Notes: a model not told the origin generated them from the letters alone. DNA of 64,000 nt from a virus (IMGVR_UViG_3300045131_002929:1-64000), one strand, 5' to 3'; positions 1-9,574 are shown, counted from the first letter of the stretch. Numbers and translations are program-made.

Positions 1-95
1 GTGGAGTCGATGATGTCCAGCGCGCTTGCGCCGGCGATCCCGGCCACCCCGTTGCCCGCCCGGCTTTCCATTTTATCGCAAATGACTGTTTTCAT
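1..95 (-). CDS. Partial CDS running off the window; probable paralogue of the adjacent repeat/fibre protein
   Basis: Manual translation from ATG at 95 gives MKTVICDKMESRAGNGVAGIAGASALDIIDS. This resembles the N-terminus of 109..1218 (MSYNTADRVEARTGSVEVVGGARPGALSI). Starts 13 nt after that gene's stop. Confidence 0.6.
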   Translation of the reverse strand, partial: MKTVICDKMESRAGNGVAGIAGASALDIIDS

Positions 96-108
96 AATTG
101 AGGGCCCC

Positions 109-1218
109 TTAAAATTTATTGAAGTGCGGGCTGAGGCAGCTGGCCAGCGAGGTGGGCATGCCAGTGTCGTAGAGGCCCAGACATGCCGCCGCTTTATTGG
201 CAAATAGTATCTTGCCATTGGGTAGCATCACTCCGCCTGAGTATGCGAAATACTTAGGGACCACCATCGGTTCCCTGGCCGGTCCATTCGTATACGTATT
301 GGTCACTGGATCGTAGATGCTGACGAAACCCCAGCTGTGCGGCACAAAGCACACTTTGCCGTTGGGCATGAGCACACCCCCGGCGAAATCAGACCAGCCG
401 CCACCACGTTCGCATTGTGCGGAGAGGGTGTTAGAGGTCGGATCGTACACACAGACATTGGTGCTGTCATGGGGCACTAGGCATACTTTTCCGTCAGACA
501 GCAGCACCCCGCCGGAAAAGGCACAGCCATTGGCGTCAGGCACATACGGGCCGCGTGTATAGGTGTTGTCCCCTGGGTTATACACGTATATGCGGTGTAT
601 GTTATAGTGTGTCACCAGGCACACTTTGCCATCGGGCAGTAGCACCCCACCGGAAAAAAACGGCGGCACGGTCATCACATCTGCCGACATGTCGCATGGG
701 GTTATGGAGTGGGTCGCTGGATCATACACCAGGATGACGGGGCTAAATGACGCGCTATGCGCGCTATACCACGGCACCATGCACACCTTGCCGCTGGGCA
801 GTAGCACTCCGCCTTGATATTGCGCCTCAGCAGGCGTCGCGCAGTCGCTGGCGTACGTGTTGGCGACCGGATCATAGATCCCCACGTAGCCGGATGTCGT
901 CGGGATTAGGCATACCTTGCCATTCGGCAGCAGCACTCCGCCGGAGAACCCGCTGGCTATCGGCCCATTGGTGTAGGTGTTCGATGATGGATCGTATATT
1001 CCGACATAAGCCGCCGTGTCCGGCACCAGGCACACTTTGCCGTTGGGCATGAGCACGCAACCTGAAAACCCCCCGTCAGTGGCCGGTCCCGGCGTGAAGC
1101 TGCCGCGCCACGTGCCGGCGTCGCCGCCTCTTATCGAAAGCGCGCCGGGCCTGGCGCCGCCCACGACCTCAACGGAGCCCGTCCGCGCCTCGACCCTATC
1201 CGCCGTGTTGTAGCTCAT
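109..1218 (-). CDS. Beta-propeller repeat protein (GGVLLPxGKVCxVP blades), putative receptor-binding/fibre protein
   Basis: About 7 repeats of F/Y-x-GGVL[LM]P[NDS]GK[VI]; ends SPHFNKF, like the 1254-aa fibre (TLNKF). Confidence 0.75.
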   Translation of the reverse strand: MSYNTADRVEARTGSVEVVGGARPGALSIRGGDAGTWRGSFTPGPATDGGFSGCVLMPNGKVCLVPDTAAYVGIYDPSSNTYTNGPIASGFSGGVLLPNGKVCLIPTTSGYVGIYDPVANTYASDCATPAEAQYQGGVLLPSGKVCMVPWYSAHSASFSPVILVYDPATHSITPCDMSADVMTVPPFFSGGVLLPDGKVCLVTHYNIHRIYVYNPGDNTYTRGPYVPDANGCAFSGGVLLSDGKVCLVPHDSTNVCVYDPTSNTLSAQCERGGGWSDFAGGVLMPNGKVCFVPHSWGFVSIYDPVTNTYTNGPAREPMVVPKYFAYSGGVMLPNGKILFANKAAACLGLYDTGMPTSLASCLSPHFNKF

Positions 1219-1222
1219 CGGA

Positions 1223-1474
1223 TCACCACCTGTTAGCGATCACGGTGACCCACTCGTAGGTGCTGGCCCCCGTCTGCATGACCATGTCGGCGTAGCTGTT
1301 GCTGCCTGACGTGCGGTAGCGCATCGTGCCGACCGTGGCCGCGGACGGCGTGGAGGCGTCGTCGGCGATTTGTAGGCCGCCCGAGACGCGCAGCTTGGCG
1401 AATGTTGGCGTGTTTGCGACATCCAACCCCAATTGCTGTCTTATGTCAGCCGCATTATCGCTTATAGTTGTCAT
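1223..1474 (-). CDS. Small virion/fibre-associated protein
   Basis: 83 aa, packed tightly between fibre genes; fibre-like composition. Confidence 0.6.
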   Translation of the reverse strand: MTTISDNAADIRQQLGLDVANTPTFAKLRVSGGLQIADDASTPSAATVGTMRYRTSGSNSYADMVMQTGASTYEWVTVIANRW

Positions 1475-1477
1475 TTT

Positions 1478-1849
1478 TTAACCCTCAAATGGGAACATCG
1501 GTGGCGCGTTCGGATCGACTGGGACTGGAGGCGGGTAATTCTTGCTTGGGTCACGCTTATAAGCCTCGTGCAAATAGGCCGATTGAATCATTCCAAATAA
1601 TTGGGCATAACTTACTTTCGATTCAGTCGGCTCCAGTGTGATTGGATCGAAAATTGGAAATTCTTCTGTCATGTCTGGGGTAAAACTGAATCCGGCCAAA
1701 TCCTTTTGGAAATCCGTGTCGTCCTGCGCGACGTTCGCATATTCCCTTTCGAGGCATTCGACAGACCAGCCAGCCATTGATTTGCCAGAGCGGCGGATTC
1801 CGAAATAGCGTGCGGTCATCTGCGGGATAGTGTTGTCTGAGTAGTTCAT
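1478..1849 (-). CDS. Hypothetical protein (possible fibre chaperone)
   Basis: 123 aa, GGAG RBS upstream, directly downstream of the long fibre gene; more AT-rich than its neighbours. Confidence 0.65.
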   Translation of the reverse strand: MNYSDNTIPQMTARYFGIRRSGKSMAGWSVECLEREYANVAQDDTDFQKDLAGFSFTPDMTEEFPIFDPITLEPTESKVSYAQLFGMIQSAYLHEAYKRDPSKNYPPPVPVDPNAPPMFPFEG

Positions 1850-1864
1850 TGGTTCTCTCCTTTT

Positions 1865-4800
1865 TTAGAATTTGTTGAGTGTGCCGCCAAGTAGCAGCGG
1901 CGTGGGGAAATTAAGAGACGCATGGGATATGGCTCCAGCGTATATCCGCGCCTGCGTTGCGTTGAATGGCACGCAGAACACACGCCCGTCGGGCAGCAGG
2001 ACGCCGCCAATGTATGCGTTACCGCCCGGCGCGGCGCCAACGTCGGTGAAACCGCCTGCCGCATCATATATCCGCGCCTGCGTTGCGTTTAATGGCACGC
2101 AGAACACACGCCCGTCGGGCAGCAGGACGCCGCCCTGGTATGCGCCAGCGACCGGCGCGGCGCCAACGTCGGTGAAACCGCCTGCCGCATCATATATCCG
2201 CGCCTGCGTTGCGTTGAATGGCACGCAGAACACACGCCCGTCGGGCAGCAGGACGCCGCCAACGTATGCGCAACCGCCCGGCGCGGCGCCAACGTCGGTG
2301 AAACCGCCTGCCGCATCATATATCCGCGCCTGCGTTGCGTAGTGTGGCACGCAGAACACACGCCCGTCGGGCAGCAGGACGCCGCCCTGGTATGCGCCAG
2401 CGACCGGCGCGGCACCAACGTCGGTGAAACCGCCTGCCGCATCGTATATCCGCGCCTGCGTTGCGACGTATGGCACGCAGAACACACGCCCGTCGGGCAG
2501 CAGGACGCCGCCAACGTATGCGCCAGCGACCGGCGCGGCGCCAACGTCGGTGGACGACCATGCGGCCGTGTCTACCGTCAATCGATTTTTATTCGCAGTA
2601 GTCAGTGATTTGTGTTGTTTGTAAATGGATCTGATCATCAGCGGGGAAATGGTGTCGTAGACATTGGCGACCGACTGCAATTTAATTTTGCCGTCTTTGC
2701 ACAGCACGCCGTCAACATCAACGCCATGCGCGGACGTGACTTCGGCGATATGATTTGTTTTAACGCTGTTGGCGGCGGCCACCGCGACATCCCCGCCAAC
2801 CCTGAGCAGCTCGCTGCCGCCGGGGTCGGTGCCGACGATCACGTCGCCATTTTTCCGCACGGTGACGAAAGGAGCCACTCCGTGCACGTTGGCGTGTCCG
2901 CCGCTTCCGTGCGCGTATCCTATTTTCAACCCGCCAGCGGCGCTGGCGGGCCCGTCGTGCATTATGCCCCACACGTCGAAATCGCTGGTGTTGGCGCCGT
3001 TGACCAGCACAAGCCCGTAGTTTGGCCAGGCACCGTTGTATTGAGTGGCCACCATCAACGCGCTCATAGTTCCCGCCGAGTTGTTGTTGCTGAACAACGC
3101 CGTCGCGCGGGAATCCTCGTAGCATCCGCAAGCACCTGTGAAAGCCGACGGCGTGCGCACTAGGGAATCCTTGAGCAGCACGCCGTCAACATCAACGCCA
3201 TGCGCGGACGTAATCTCTGCGATATGATCCGCCGATAATGATTCCGCAGCCGGGCGGGTCGGGATATTGCCGGACGCGGTGCCCGTGGTGCCGGTGGCTG
3301 CGGTGCCTAGGCCGTGGACGCTGGCGCCGGTCGCGGCGATATGCGTGTCGATCTGGGCGTGCGTGTTCGTGCCGACGCTGGTCAGGTCGCCGTGGCTGCG
3401 CGTGGCGAGCTGCGTCAGGCTGCCGGACTTCAACGCGTAGCCGGACAGATCCTGGTCGCCCGTGTTGATGCCGGACAATGTGCTGATACCCAGCTTCGTC
3501 TTGATCGTGCTGGCGGTCTCGTCGCCGGTGTTGGCCCCGGTGATGGCGTCCAGCTTGGTCTTGTCCGCGGAGGACATCGACCCGGCCGCCGATGTGGTGG
3601 CCGCGCTGATGCTGATGGCGGGCGTGGTCCCGCCGGACGACACGATCGGAGCAGTTCCGGAAACAGCCGTCACCTGCGCCGCGTTGGCGACGTTGCCCAG
3701 TCCCACGTCGGAGCTGATCAGCGACACGACGCCGGTCTTGCCGGCGACGCTGTCCACGGCCCCCGACGTGATGTACACGAACGCCGATCCACTCCAGCGG
3801 TAGGTCTTGTTGGTGTCCAGCGCCACGTAGATCTTGCCCGTTGCCTTCGTCGAAAGCGCGTTCAACGCCGTCAGCGAGGCCGCCTCTACGACGTCGTCCA
3901 CGTAGCTGGGCAACTGCGTAGTGGGCACGAGCCCGTTGGCGTCGAGGCTGGCGTAGCCGCTGGCCTGGCCTTTGTTGGCGGCATTTTCAGCCGTGTAGCC
4001 TAGAGCGGCCTGCTTGGCCGTCCATGCCGTGATTTGGGCGTCCGTCACGAATCTGTTGCTGGAGTCCTGCGTGATGATCGACGGCGCGTGGTTCGCCGGA
4101 TGCGTGTAGTTGGTGGCCCCGGCGGCGATGCCCGCCAGCTTGGTCTGCTCGGCGGCCGTGTAGGCTTTGTTGGTGGCGCCGGACGCGACATCGTCCTGGG
4201 TCAGCGTGATGTCCGCGGAGAGGGCCTTGGCGTTCACCGTGCGGGCGGTGGGCACGCCGCCTAATCCGCTAAGAGTTTGATCGCCGGTGTTGGAGCCCGA
4301 AAGGGTCGTGATCTCCAGCTTGGTTTTGATCGTGGAGGCCGTCTCGTCGCCCGTGTTCGTCCCGGATGTGTTGCCGATGACCGTCTTCTGAGCGTCCGTG
4401 CAGTAGCGTTTATTAGCGGAGTCCGCGATGTCCGCCGTGGTGGCATCGGCGCCGGAAGTGATCAATCCCTTGGAGTCGTATGTGATCTTGGTCTTAGTCG
4501 CTCCGGTGATCGCCGCGTTGGCGACGACCGCCGCGTCGGCTTTCGCGCCCTGTGTGGCCGTGGCGTAGCTGCCGGACGCCTGTTTACCATCCAATGCGGT
4601 CTGCAATCCGGAGACGCCTGAAATTGTATGGGCGGAGCCGTCGGCCTTGGCGGCATGGGCGGACACCGCCGAGCTGGCGGCCCCCGCGGACTCATAACTG
4701 CCTGAGGCCTGCTTGCCGTCGAGCGCCGTCTGCAACCCTGAGATGGCTGAAATCGCCGCGCCTGACTGAAGGGCGCTGTCGGCCTTGGTTCCCTGCGCGG

Positions 4801-5629
4801 CCGTGGCGTAGGCCGACGCGGCGGTCGTGGCGGCCGTGCCCAGGCCCGATATGTCCGCGGCGGCCAGATCCACCGCGCCGACCTTGCCGGCCACGCTCAG
4901 CACGGCGTTGGGCGGTGTGAGCAGCTCCTGCCAGTTGGCCAGCGTAGCGGGCCCGGCCACCTTCAAAATGAACGATTTGCTGACATCCGTGCGGATGGCC
5001 ACGTCGCCCACCTCGGCGGTGGACAGCGCCAGCATGGCGGCCTGGTCGGCGGCGATGAACGTGTCGGTGATGGCCAGCGCCGGCAGCTGGCTGGCGTCTA
5101 CCTTGCCGCCCACCAGGTCGGCCTTGGCCGAGAGGGCCGTGGAGAGGCCGCTGACCGTGGATATGGCGGTCCCGCTTTGAAGCGCGGTGTCGGCCAGCGC
5201 GCCTTGGGCGGCCGTGGCGTATGACCCGGCCGCCTGCTTGCCGTCAAGGGCGTCGACCAGCCCGCTGATCATGGCCATGGCGGTGCCCTGCTGCAAGGCC
5301 GTGTCGGCCTTCGCGCCCTGGGCCGCGGTGGCGTACCCGCCCACCGGCTGCTTGCCGGCCAGCGCGGCCACCAGCCCCGTGATCTGGGCCTGCTCCAGCG
5401 TGAGGGCGTCGGAGCCGTACCGGGCATGGGTGGCCGCGTGCTCGGAAGTCACCCCGATGCTGTTGAACCTGGCGTCGTCGCCCGCGGCCACGGTTCCGGC
5501 CGCGAAGCCGACCGGCAGGCCGGCGTAGGCCACCTTGCCGTCTTTCAGCACAACCCCGTCGACGACCACGCCCTGGGCTGAAGTCGCCTCCTCGATCCGA
5601 TCCAAATAAGCGATGTTACTGCAGCCCAT
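1865..5629 (-). CDS. Long tail-fibre/receptor-binding protein with C-terminal five-repeat propeller
   Basis: 1254 aa with fibre-type repeats (ATAAQGAKAD, GLQTALDGKQ, TNTGDETASTIKTKL, GYASLDANGLVPTTQLPSYVDDV) and five 42-aa C-terminal repeats. Confidence 0.85.
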   Translation of the reverse strand: MGCSNIAYLDRIEEATSAQGVVVDGVVLKDGKVAYAGLPVGFAAGTVAAGDDARFNSIGVTSEHAATHARYGSDALTLEQAQITGLVAALAGKQPVGGYATAAQGAKADTALQQGTAMAMISGLVDALDGKQAAGSYATAAQGALADTALQSGTAISTVSGLSTALSAKADLVGGKVDASQLPALAITDTFIAADQAAMLALSTAEVGDVAIRTDVSKSFILKVAGPATLANWQELLTPPNAVLSVAGKVGAVDLAAADISGLGTAATTAASAYATAAQGTKADSALQSGAAISAISGLQTALDGKQASGSYESAGAASSAVSAHAAKADGSAHTISGVSGLQTALDGKQASGSYATATQGAKADAAVVANAAITGATKTKITYDSKGLITSGADATTADIADSANKRYCTDAQKTVIGNTSGTNTGDETASTIKTKLEITTLSGSNTGDQTLSGLGGVPTARTVNAKALSADITLTQDDVASGATNKAYTAAEQTKLAGIAAGATNYTHPANHAPSIITQDSSNRFVTDAQITAWTAKQAALGYTAENAANKGQASGYASLDANGLVPTTQLPSYVDDVVEAASLTALNALSTKATGKIYVALDTNKTYRWSGSAFVYITSGAVDSVAGKTGVVSLISSDVGLGNVANAAQVTAVSGTAPIVSSGGTTPAISISAATTSAAGSMSSADKTKLDAITGANTGDETASTIKTKLGISTLSGINTGDQDLSGYALKSGSLTQLATRSHGDLTSVGTNTHAQIDTHIAATGASVHGLGTAATGTTGTASGNIPTRPAAESLSADHIAEITSAHGVDVDGVLLKDSLVRTPSAFTGACGCYEDSRATALFSNNNSAGTMSALMVATQYNGAWPNYGLVLVNGANTSDFDVWGIMHDGPASAAGGLKIGYAHGSGGHANVHGVAPFVTVRKNGDVIVGTDPGGSELLRVGGDVAVAAANSVKTNHIAEVTSAHGVDVDGVLCKDGKIKLQSVANVYDTISPLMIRSIYKQHKSLTTANKNRLTVDTAAWSSTDVGAAPVAGAYVGGVLLPDGRVFCVPYVATQARIYDAAGGFTDVGAAPVAGAYQGGVLLPDGRVFCVPHYATQARIYDAAGGFTDVGAAPGGCAYVGGVLLPDGRVFCVPFNATQARIYDAAGGFTDVGAAPVAGAYQGGVLLPDGRVFCVPLNATQARIYDAAGGFTDVGAAPGGNAYIGGVLLPDGRVFCVPFNATQARIYAGAISHASLNFPTPLLLGGTLNKF
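1941..2551 (-). repeat. About five near-identical 126-bp tandem repeats (42-aa blades)
   Basis: tatatccgcgcctgcgttgcg recurs at 1941, 2067 and onward with a 126-bp period. Confidence 0.95.
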
Positions 5630-5691
5630 GGCGCCCCCCCCTGATCCTGTTTTATTTTTATTTCAATGGAATGTCATTTTTCAGTCTATGG

Positions 5692-5719
5692 AAAGGGCCG
5701 GGGGTCGGACCCGGCCCTT
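5692..5719 (-). terminator. Probable intrinsic terminator/hairpin after the 466-aa fibre gene
   Basis: Minus strand AAGGGCCGGG-loop-CCCGGCCCTT followed by a short T run. Confidence 0.5.
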
Positions 5720-5725
5720 GGGTGC

Positions 5726-7126
5726 TTAGAACACGCCGCCGTCGACGATGGCGACATAGAGGTCGTCCCCGTCGAGCTTGATGGAGACGGCGTCGACGTT
5801 GACCTTGAGGGATCCGTCGGAGTCCTGGCCGAGGCCGAGTCCGGCCACGTCGCTGTTGATCTTGGCGGCCGTGACGGCGTCGTCCTTGATCTTGCCGGTG
5901 AGGACGGCGTCGGTGGCCAACTTGGCGTCGGTGACGTTCTCGTCGGCGATCTTGGCGGTCGTGACGTTGCTGTTGAGGATCTTGGACGTGATGACCGAGT
6001 CGGCGGCCAGCTTGGCGTCGGTGACGTTGTAGTCGGCGATCTTGGGGGTCGTGATGGCGCTGCTCTTGACTTGGAGCGTGTCTACCCCGGAGGCCTTGAT
6101 CTGGATCTTGCCGGAGCTGACTTCGATCATGGTTCCGTCGACGGCCACGCCGGCGCCGTTGGCGCTAAGCGCGATCGGGGCGACGTTGGCCGTGGTGACG
6201 TCGGACTTGATCCTGAGCTGCCCGTCGGTCAGGTCGGAGCTGAGCTCCAAGCCGCCGGTGGATTCAAGGTCGAGCCCGACCTCGTCCGCGGGGAGGACCT
6301 TGATGCCCGCGCCCATGTTGATGCTGATGGTGTTGCCGCTCTTGGACAATCCGGAGCCAGCGTCGATCTGGCCGGCGCCGGAGAACTGGACCCACCCGGC
6401 GCCCTCAGCGTCGAAAGTGTAACCCGCGTCGAACTCCTTGTCGAGGACGGCCCAGTTGGCCTCAGGCATGACGCCGGAGTTCCAGGCGCCGCTGGCGACG
6501 GTGTAGATCTTGTTGTCGGTGGAGAGGACCACGCGGTAGCCGTCGGCCAAGGCGGCCGCGGACGGGAGGGCCGCCACGATCTTGTCGACAGGCGGCTTCC
6601 AGGTCAAGCCTGTGATGCTGTTGTCGACGTAGTTCTTGGTCTTGTCGGAAGACCAGAGCTTGGTGGAGCTGACGGATGCGTCGTCGATGACGCGGTGGAT
6701 GGTCTCGTCTGCGATATGGTCTGCGGCGGCCTCGGCGGTGACCGAGTGGGTCCCGTCGTCGATGCGCGTGACCATGCCGCTGCTGACCTGGGTGGCGAGC
6801 ACTTTGGCGTACGTGCCGTCGGCCAAGTCGTCGATGCTGGTGGCGGAGGCCTGGACCCAGCCGGTGACGGATCCCTGGTCGAGCCAGAGGATCTTGGTGT
6901 CGGTCGCGAAGTACAGCTGGCCGGGAGTCTTGGCGGTGCCCTTGGCGGAGTCAGCCCCGCTCTTGACCTTGCCGATCAGATTCTTGTTCTTGTCCTCGTC
7001 CACGACGTAGACCTGCTTGGTGTCCGTGGTGAAAAGAATTTCACCGATGGCCAAGCTGGAGCCGAGGAGTGCGTCGAGATTCTCTTGCGAGCCGCGTTTG
7101 ATTTGGATCTTCTGGAAGTTAGCCAT
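5726..7126 (-). CDS. Fibre/appendage protein: Mtd-N-like start, decameric V-T-x-A-K-[IL] repeats, C-terminal DGGVF
   Basis: Starts KIQIKRG...GEILFTTDTKQ; 10-aa repeats at about 5855-6085; paralogous to 7204..8361. Confidence 0.8.
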   Translation of the reverse strand: MANFQKIQIKRGSQENLDALLGSSLAIGEILFTTDTKQVYVVDEDKNKNLIGKVKSGADSAKGTAKTPGQLYFATDTKILWLDQGSVTGWVQASATSIDDLADGTYAKVLATQVSSGMVTRIDDGTHSVTAEAAADHIADETIHRVIDDASVSSTKLWSSDKTKNYVDNSITGLTWKPPVDKIVAALPSAAALADGYRVVLSTDNKIYTVASGAWNSGVMPEANWAVLDKEFDAGYTFDAEGAGWVQFSGAGQIDAGSGLSKSGNTISINMGAGIKVLPADEVGLDLESTGGLELSSDLTDGQLRIKSDVTTANVAPIALSANGAGVAVDGTMIEVSSGKIQIKASGVDTLQVKSSAITTPKIADYNVTDAKLAADSVITSKILNSNVTTAKIADENVTDAKLATDAVLTGKIKDDAVTAAKINSDVAGLGLGQDSDGSLKVNVDAVSIKLDGDDLYVAIVDGGVF

Positions 7127-7203
7127 TGCTATCCCCTTTTTCGTTTCTGTTTCTGCCTTGTCTCTACACTATATGCGAAGGCTCCCTCGCGGGGCCGGAC
7201 GTC

Positions 7204-8361
7204 TTAGAACGTGCCGCCGTCGATGGCGGACACCGTGAGCACCTGCGAGCCTGAATTGCCCGCCATGGCGAGCACGTTGGGATCGTACGATATGGAGATG
7301 CCGCTGCCGTCGCCGGCCACGGAGAGGCCGCCGTCGACCGCCGCTACGGTCGGATCCAGCGCCGCCGGTAGGACGGCCTGCTGCGCCAGCTTCAGCGTGG
7401 CGTAGGTCTCCTGCCCCGTCTGTGATATGACAAACTCGGGTCCCACCGCCACGGCGACCTCGTTGTCCAGCCGGATCAAACCGGCGCCGAACGTCAAGGC
7501 GGCCGACGCGCTGAACTGGACCCAGCCCGCGCCCACTCCGCCGTTCTGCGTGTCGGCGTTGTAGGTCCACGCGCTGTCGTCGGTCTTGACCAGCACCGCC
7601 CAGTTGTCCACGGGCGCCGTCACGACCCAGGAGGTCGTGGCCAGGTCGTACGTGTAGATGGCCTGGTCGTCGTCGGTGGTCATCCAGCGCATGCCGTCGG
7701 CCATTCCGGTGAAGGCGAGCCGCTCGGCCTTGGTGCCCATCATGTCCACGGGCTCGCGCCACGTGAAGCCCTCCACGGCCGCGTCGATGTAATCCTTGGC
7801 CTTCTTGCCGGACCACAGCTTGGCGGCGTCGTAGGAGCTGTCGTCGATGACGTGGTGCAGGACGGACGTGTCGGCCAGCGGCGCGCCGGTCTCGTCCAGC
7901 TCGTTGACGTGGTGGTAGAGCTCGTCGGCGGTCAGCGCCGCGCCGCCCTCGGCGGTGGCCGTGGGGGCGTACAGTTTGACGATCTTGCCCGCGCCGTCGC
8001 CGGTTCCGGTCTCGGTCGCCTTGATCTTGTTGTAGAGGCTGCCGTCGGGCACGCCATCCAGGTCGCGGCTGCCCACCTGCTCCCAGGTCGCGCCTACTCT
8101 TTTAAGCCAGAGCTTGCCGGTGTCGTCACAAAAAAACAAAGACCCTGCGGGTAGCTCCCCCGCGAGCCGCTCGGCGTTGGTGCCGACCTGCACGCCGCCG
8201 ATGAGATTCTGAGTGTGGACGCCTTGGACGACCGTGTTCACGAACACCTGCTTGGTGTCGGTCGTGAAGATGATCTCACCGTCGTCGAAGGCGCCGCCGG
8301 GCAGGGCCTGCATGGCCTCCAGCGTGCCACGTCTGAGTAGTATCTTGCTTGGTTTCGCCAT
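7204..8361 (-). CDS. Fibre/appendage protein, paralogue of 5726..7126, C-terminal DGGTF
   Basis: Shares KILLRRG...GEIIFTTDTKQ, HHVIDDSS..KLWS..K.K.Y.D, NWAVL and GAGWVQFS with its neighbour. Confidence 0.8.
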   Translation of the reverse strand: MAKPSKILLRRGTLEAMQALPGGAFDDGEIIFTTDTKQVFVNTVVQGVHTQNLIGGVQVGTNAERLAGELPAGSLFFCDDTGKLWLKRVGATWEQVGSRDLDGVPDGSLYNKIKATETGTGDGAGKIVKLYAPTATAEGGAALTADELYHHVNELDETGAPLADTSVLHHVIDDSSYDAAKLWSGKKAKDYIDAAVEGFTWREPVDMMGTKAERLAFTGMADGMRWMTTDDDQAIYTYDLATTSWVVTAPVDNWAVLVKTDDSAWTYNADTQNGGVGAGWVQFSASAALTFGAGLIRLDNEVAVAVGPEFVISQTGQETYATLKLAQQAVLPAALDPTVAAVDGGLSVAGDGSGISISYDPNVLAMAGNSGSQVLTVSAIDGGTF

Positions 8362-8397
8362 TGTCGACTCCCCTGTTCAGTTAGATTACTATAATAC

Positions 8398-9063
8398 CTA
8401 GAATACGCCGCCGTCTACCCCGTCCAGCATCGATCCGCCCACCGCCTCGTCGACTCTGGCTATCGTCTGCCGCGTGGCCTCCTCCCAGCCAGGCGTGAAC
8501 GCGCCTTGGTACAGCCCCACCTTGGCCGTGGCCCTGTACAGCGTCGCCGGACCCTCAAGCGGGTACGTGCCCTCCCGTATGGACTCCGAGATCCTGATCG
8601 CGTCGCTGCACAGCAGCTCGGACAAGTAAGTCACCGTGAATTCTTTGCCGGACTGATCCACCACGCGGTCGCCCAGCGCGACGAGCGCGGCGGCCTCCGT
8701 GTCATCGCAGGTCAGCGAGACAGAATACTCGTAGTTGGCCAAGCTGACCGGCGCCACCGCCGACAACTCGCCCGACGTCGATAGCGCGGGCCTGTACGTC
8801 CGCTGCCCGGGCGTGCCCAGCGTGGACGCGTAGTCCGAATCCTCCGCGGGCGTGTTCGGCCCGGCGGCGTAGGCCACGCCACCGTCCACGAAGTCCGCGG
8901 GCTCGCCTTCCCAACCCGCCACGGCGAACTCAGAGGCCGCCGAGTCGGTTATGACGTCGCCGGTCTGCAGGTAGGGCGCCTTGAACGGATCCTGGAAGTA
9001 CAAGTTGAAGGCGTGTGGGCTGCCCGCCGACACGGCGTATATCCACACTTTCTGATTCAGCAT
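8398..9063 (-). CDS. Hypothetical virion protein ending in DGGVF
   Basis: 221 aa in the structural operon; same C-terminal motif as the two downstream genes. Confidence 0.7.
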   Translation of the reverse strand: MLNQKVWIYAVSAGSPHAFNLYFQDPFKAPYLQTGDVITDSAASEFAVAGWEGEPADFVDGGVAYAAGPNTPAEDSDYASTLGTPGQRTYRPALSTSGELSAVAPVSLANYEYSVSLTCDDTEAAALVALGDRVVDQSGKEFTVTYLSELLCSDAIRISESIREGTYPLEGPATLYRATAKVGLYQGAFTPGWEEATRQTIARVDEAVGGSMLDGVDGGVF

Positions 9064-9067
9064 GGCG

Positions 9068-9574
9068 TCAACCCATTTTTAGGTACAAAATCGAATCTGT
9101 GTCACCCACGATGGTGTTGTAGGCCGACACCCGGATCTGCGTCAGGTCCCTGTTGGTCTTGAATGTGCCCGCCGATGGCGCGCCGATGTTCCACGCTATT
9201 CTGGCCGGGGCCGTGCGGTACACGATCGAGGCGTCGATCAGGGTCTTGCCCACGTTGTGGATGAGGATCAGGTCGGTGGTGGCCATGGTGCCCAGGTCCG
9301 TGCTGATCCGCGCGTCGCCCGAGACCACGCCCTGCAGCAGCAGCCACCCGTCCGGGATGCCGCCGGCCGGGGCGTTGGCTATCTTGGCGGTCACGGTGTT
9401 GGTCGGCGTCACCGCGTCGTAGCCGAGCCGGATCAGGTACTCGACCGTCTTGAACTTGTCGTCGACGTACTTCTTCGGCGCGGCCTCGCAGTCCAGCGTG
9501 GGTGCCGCGTACACTTTGCCGATCTTGAACGTCGACCGCATCGTGCCTGCCAGATCGGAAAGAAAACGGACCAT
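9068..9574 (-). CDS. Hypothetical virion protein
   Basis: N-terminus SDLAGTMRSTFKIG matches ADLVGTMRDTFRIG of 9632..10240; contains a fibre-type AAPKKYVD motif. Confidence 0.7.
   Translation of the reverse strand: MVRFLSDLAGTMRSTFKIGKVYAAPTLDCEAAPKKYVDDKFKTVEYLIRLGYDAVTPTNTVTAKIANAPAGGIPDGWLLLQGVVSGDARISTDLGTMATTDLILIHNVGKTLIDASIVYRTAPARIAWNIGAPSAGTFKTNRDLTQIRVSAYNTIVGDTDSILYLKMG

Noticed and set aside
1941-2551. Tandem repeats as a CRISPR array
   Set aside because: 126-bp in-frame coding units with no unique spacers; no cas genes.
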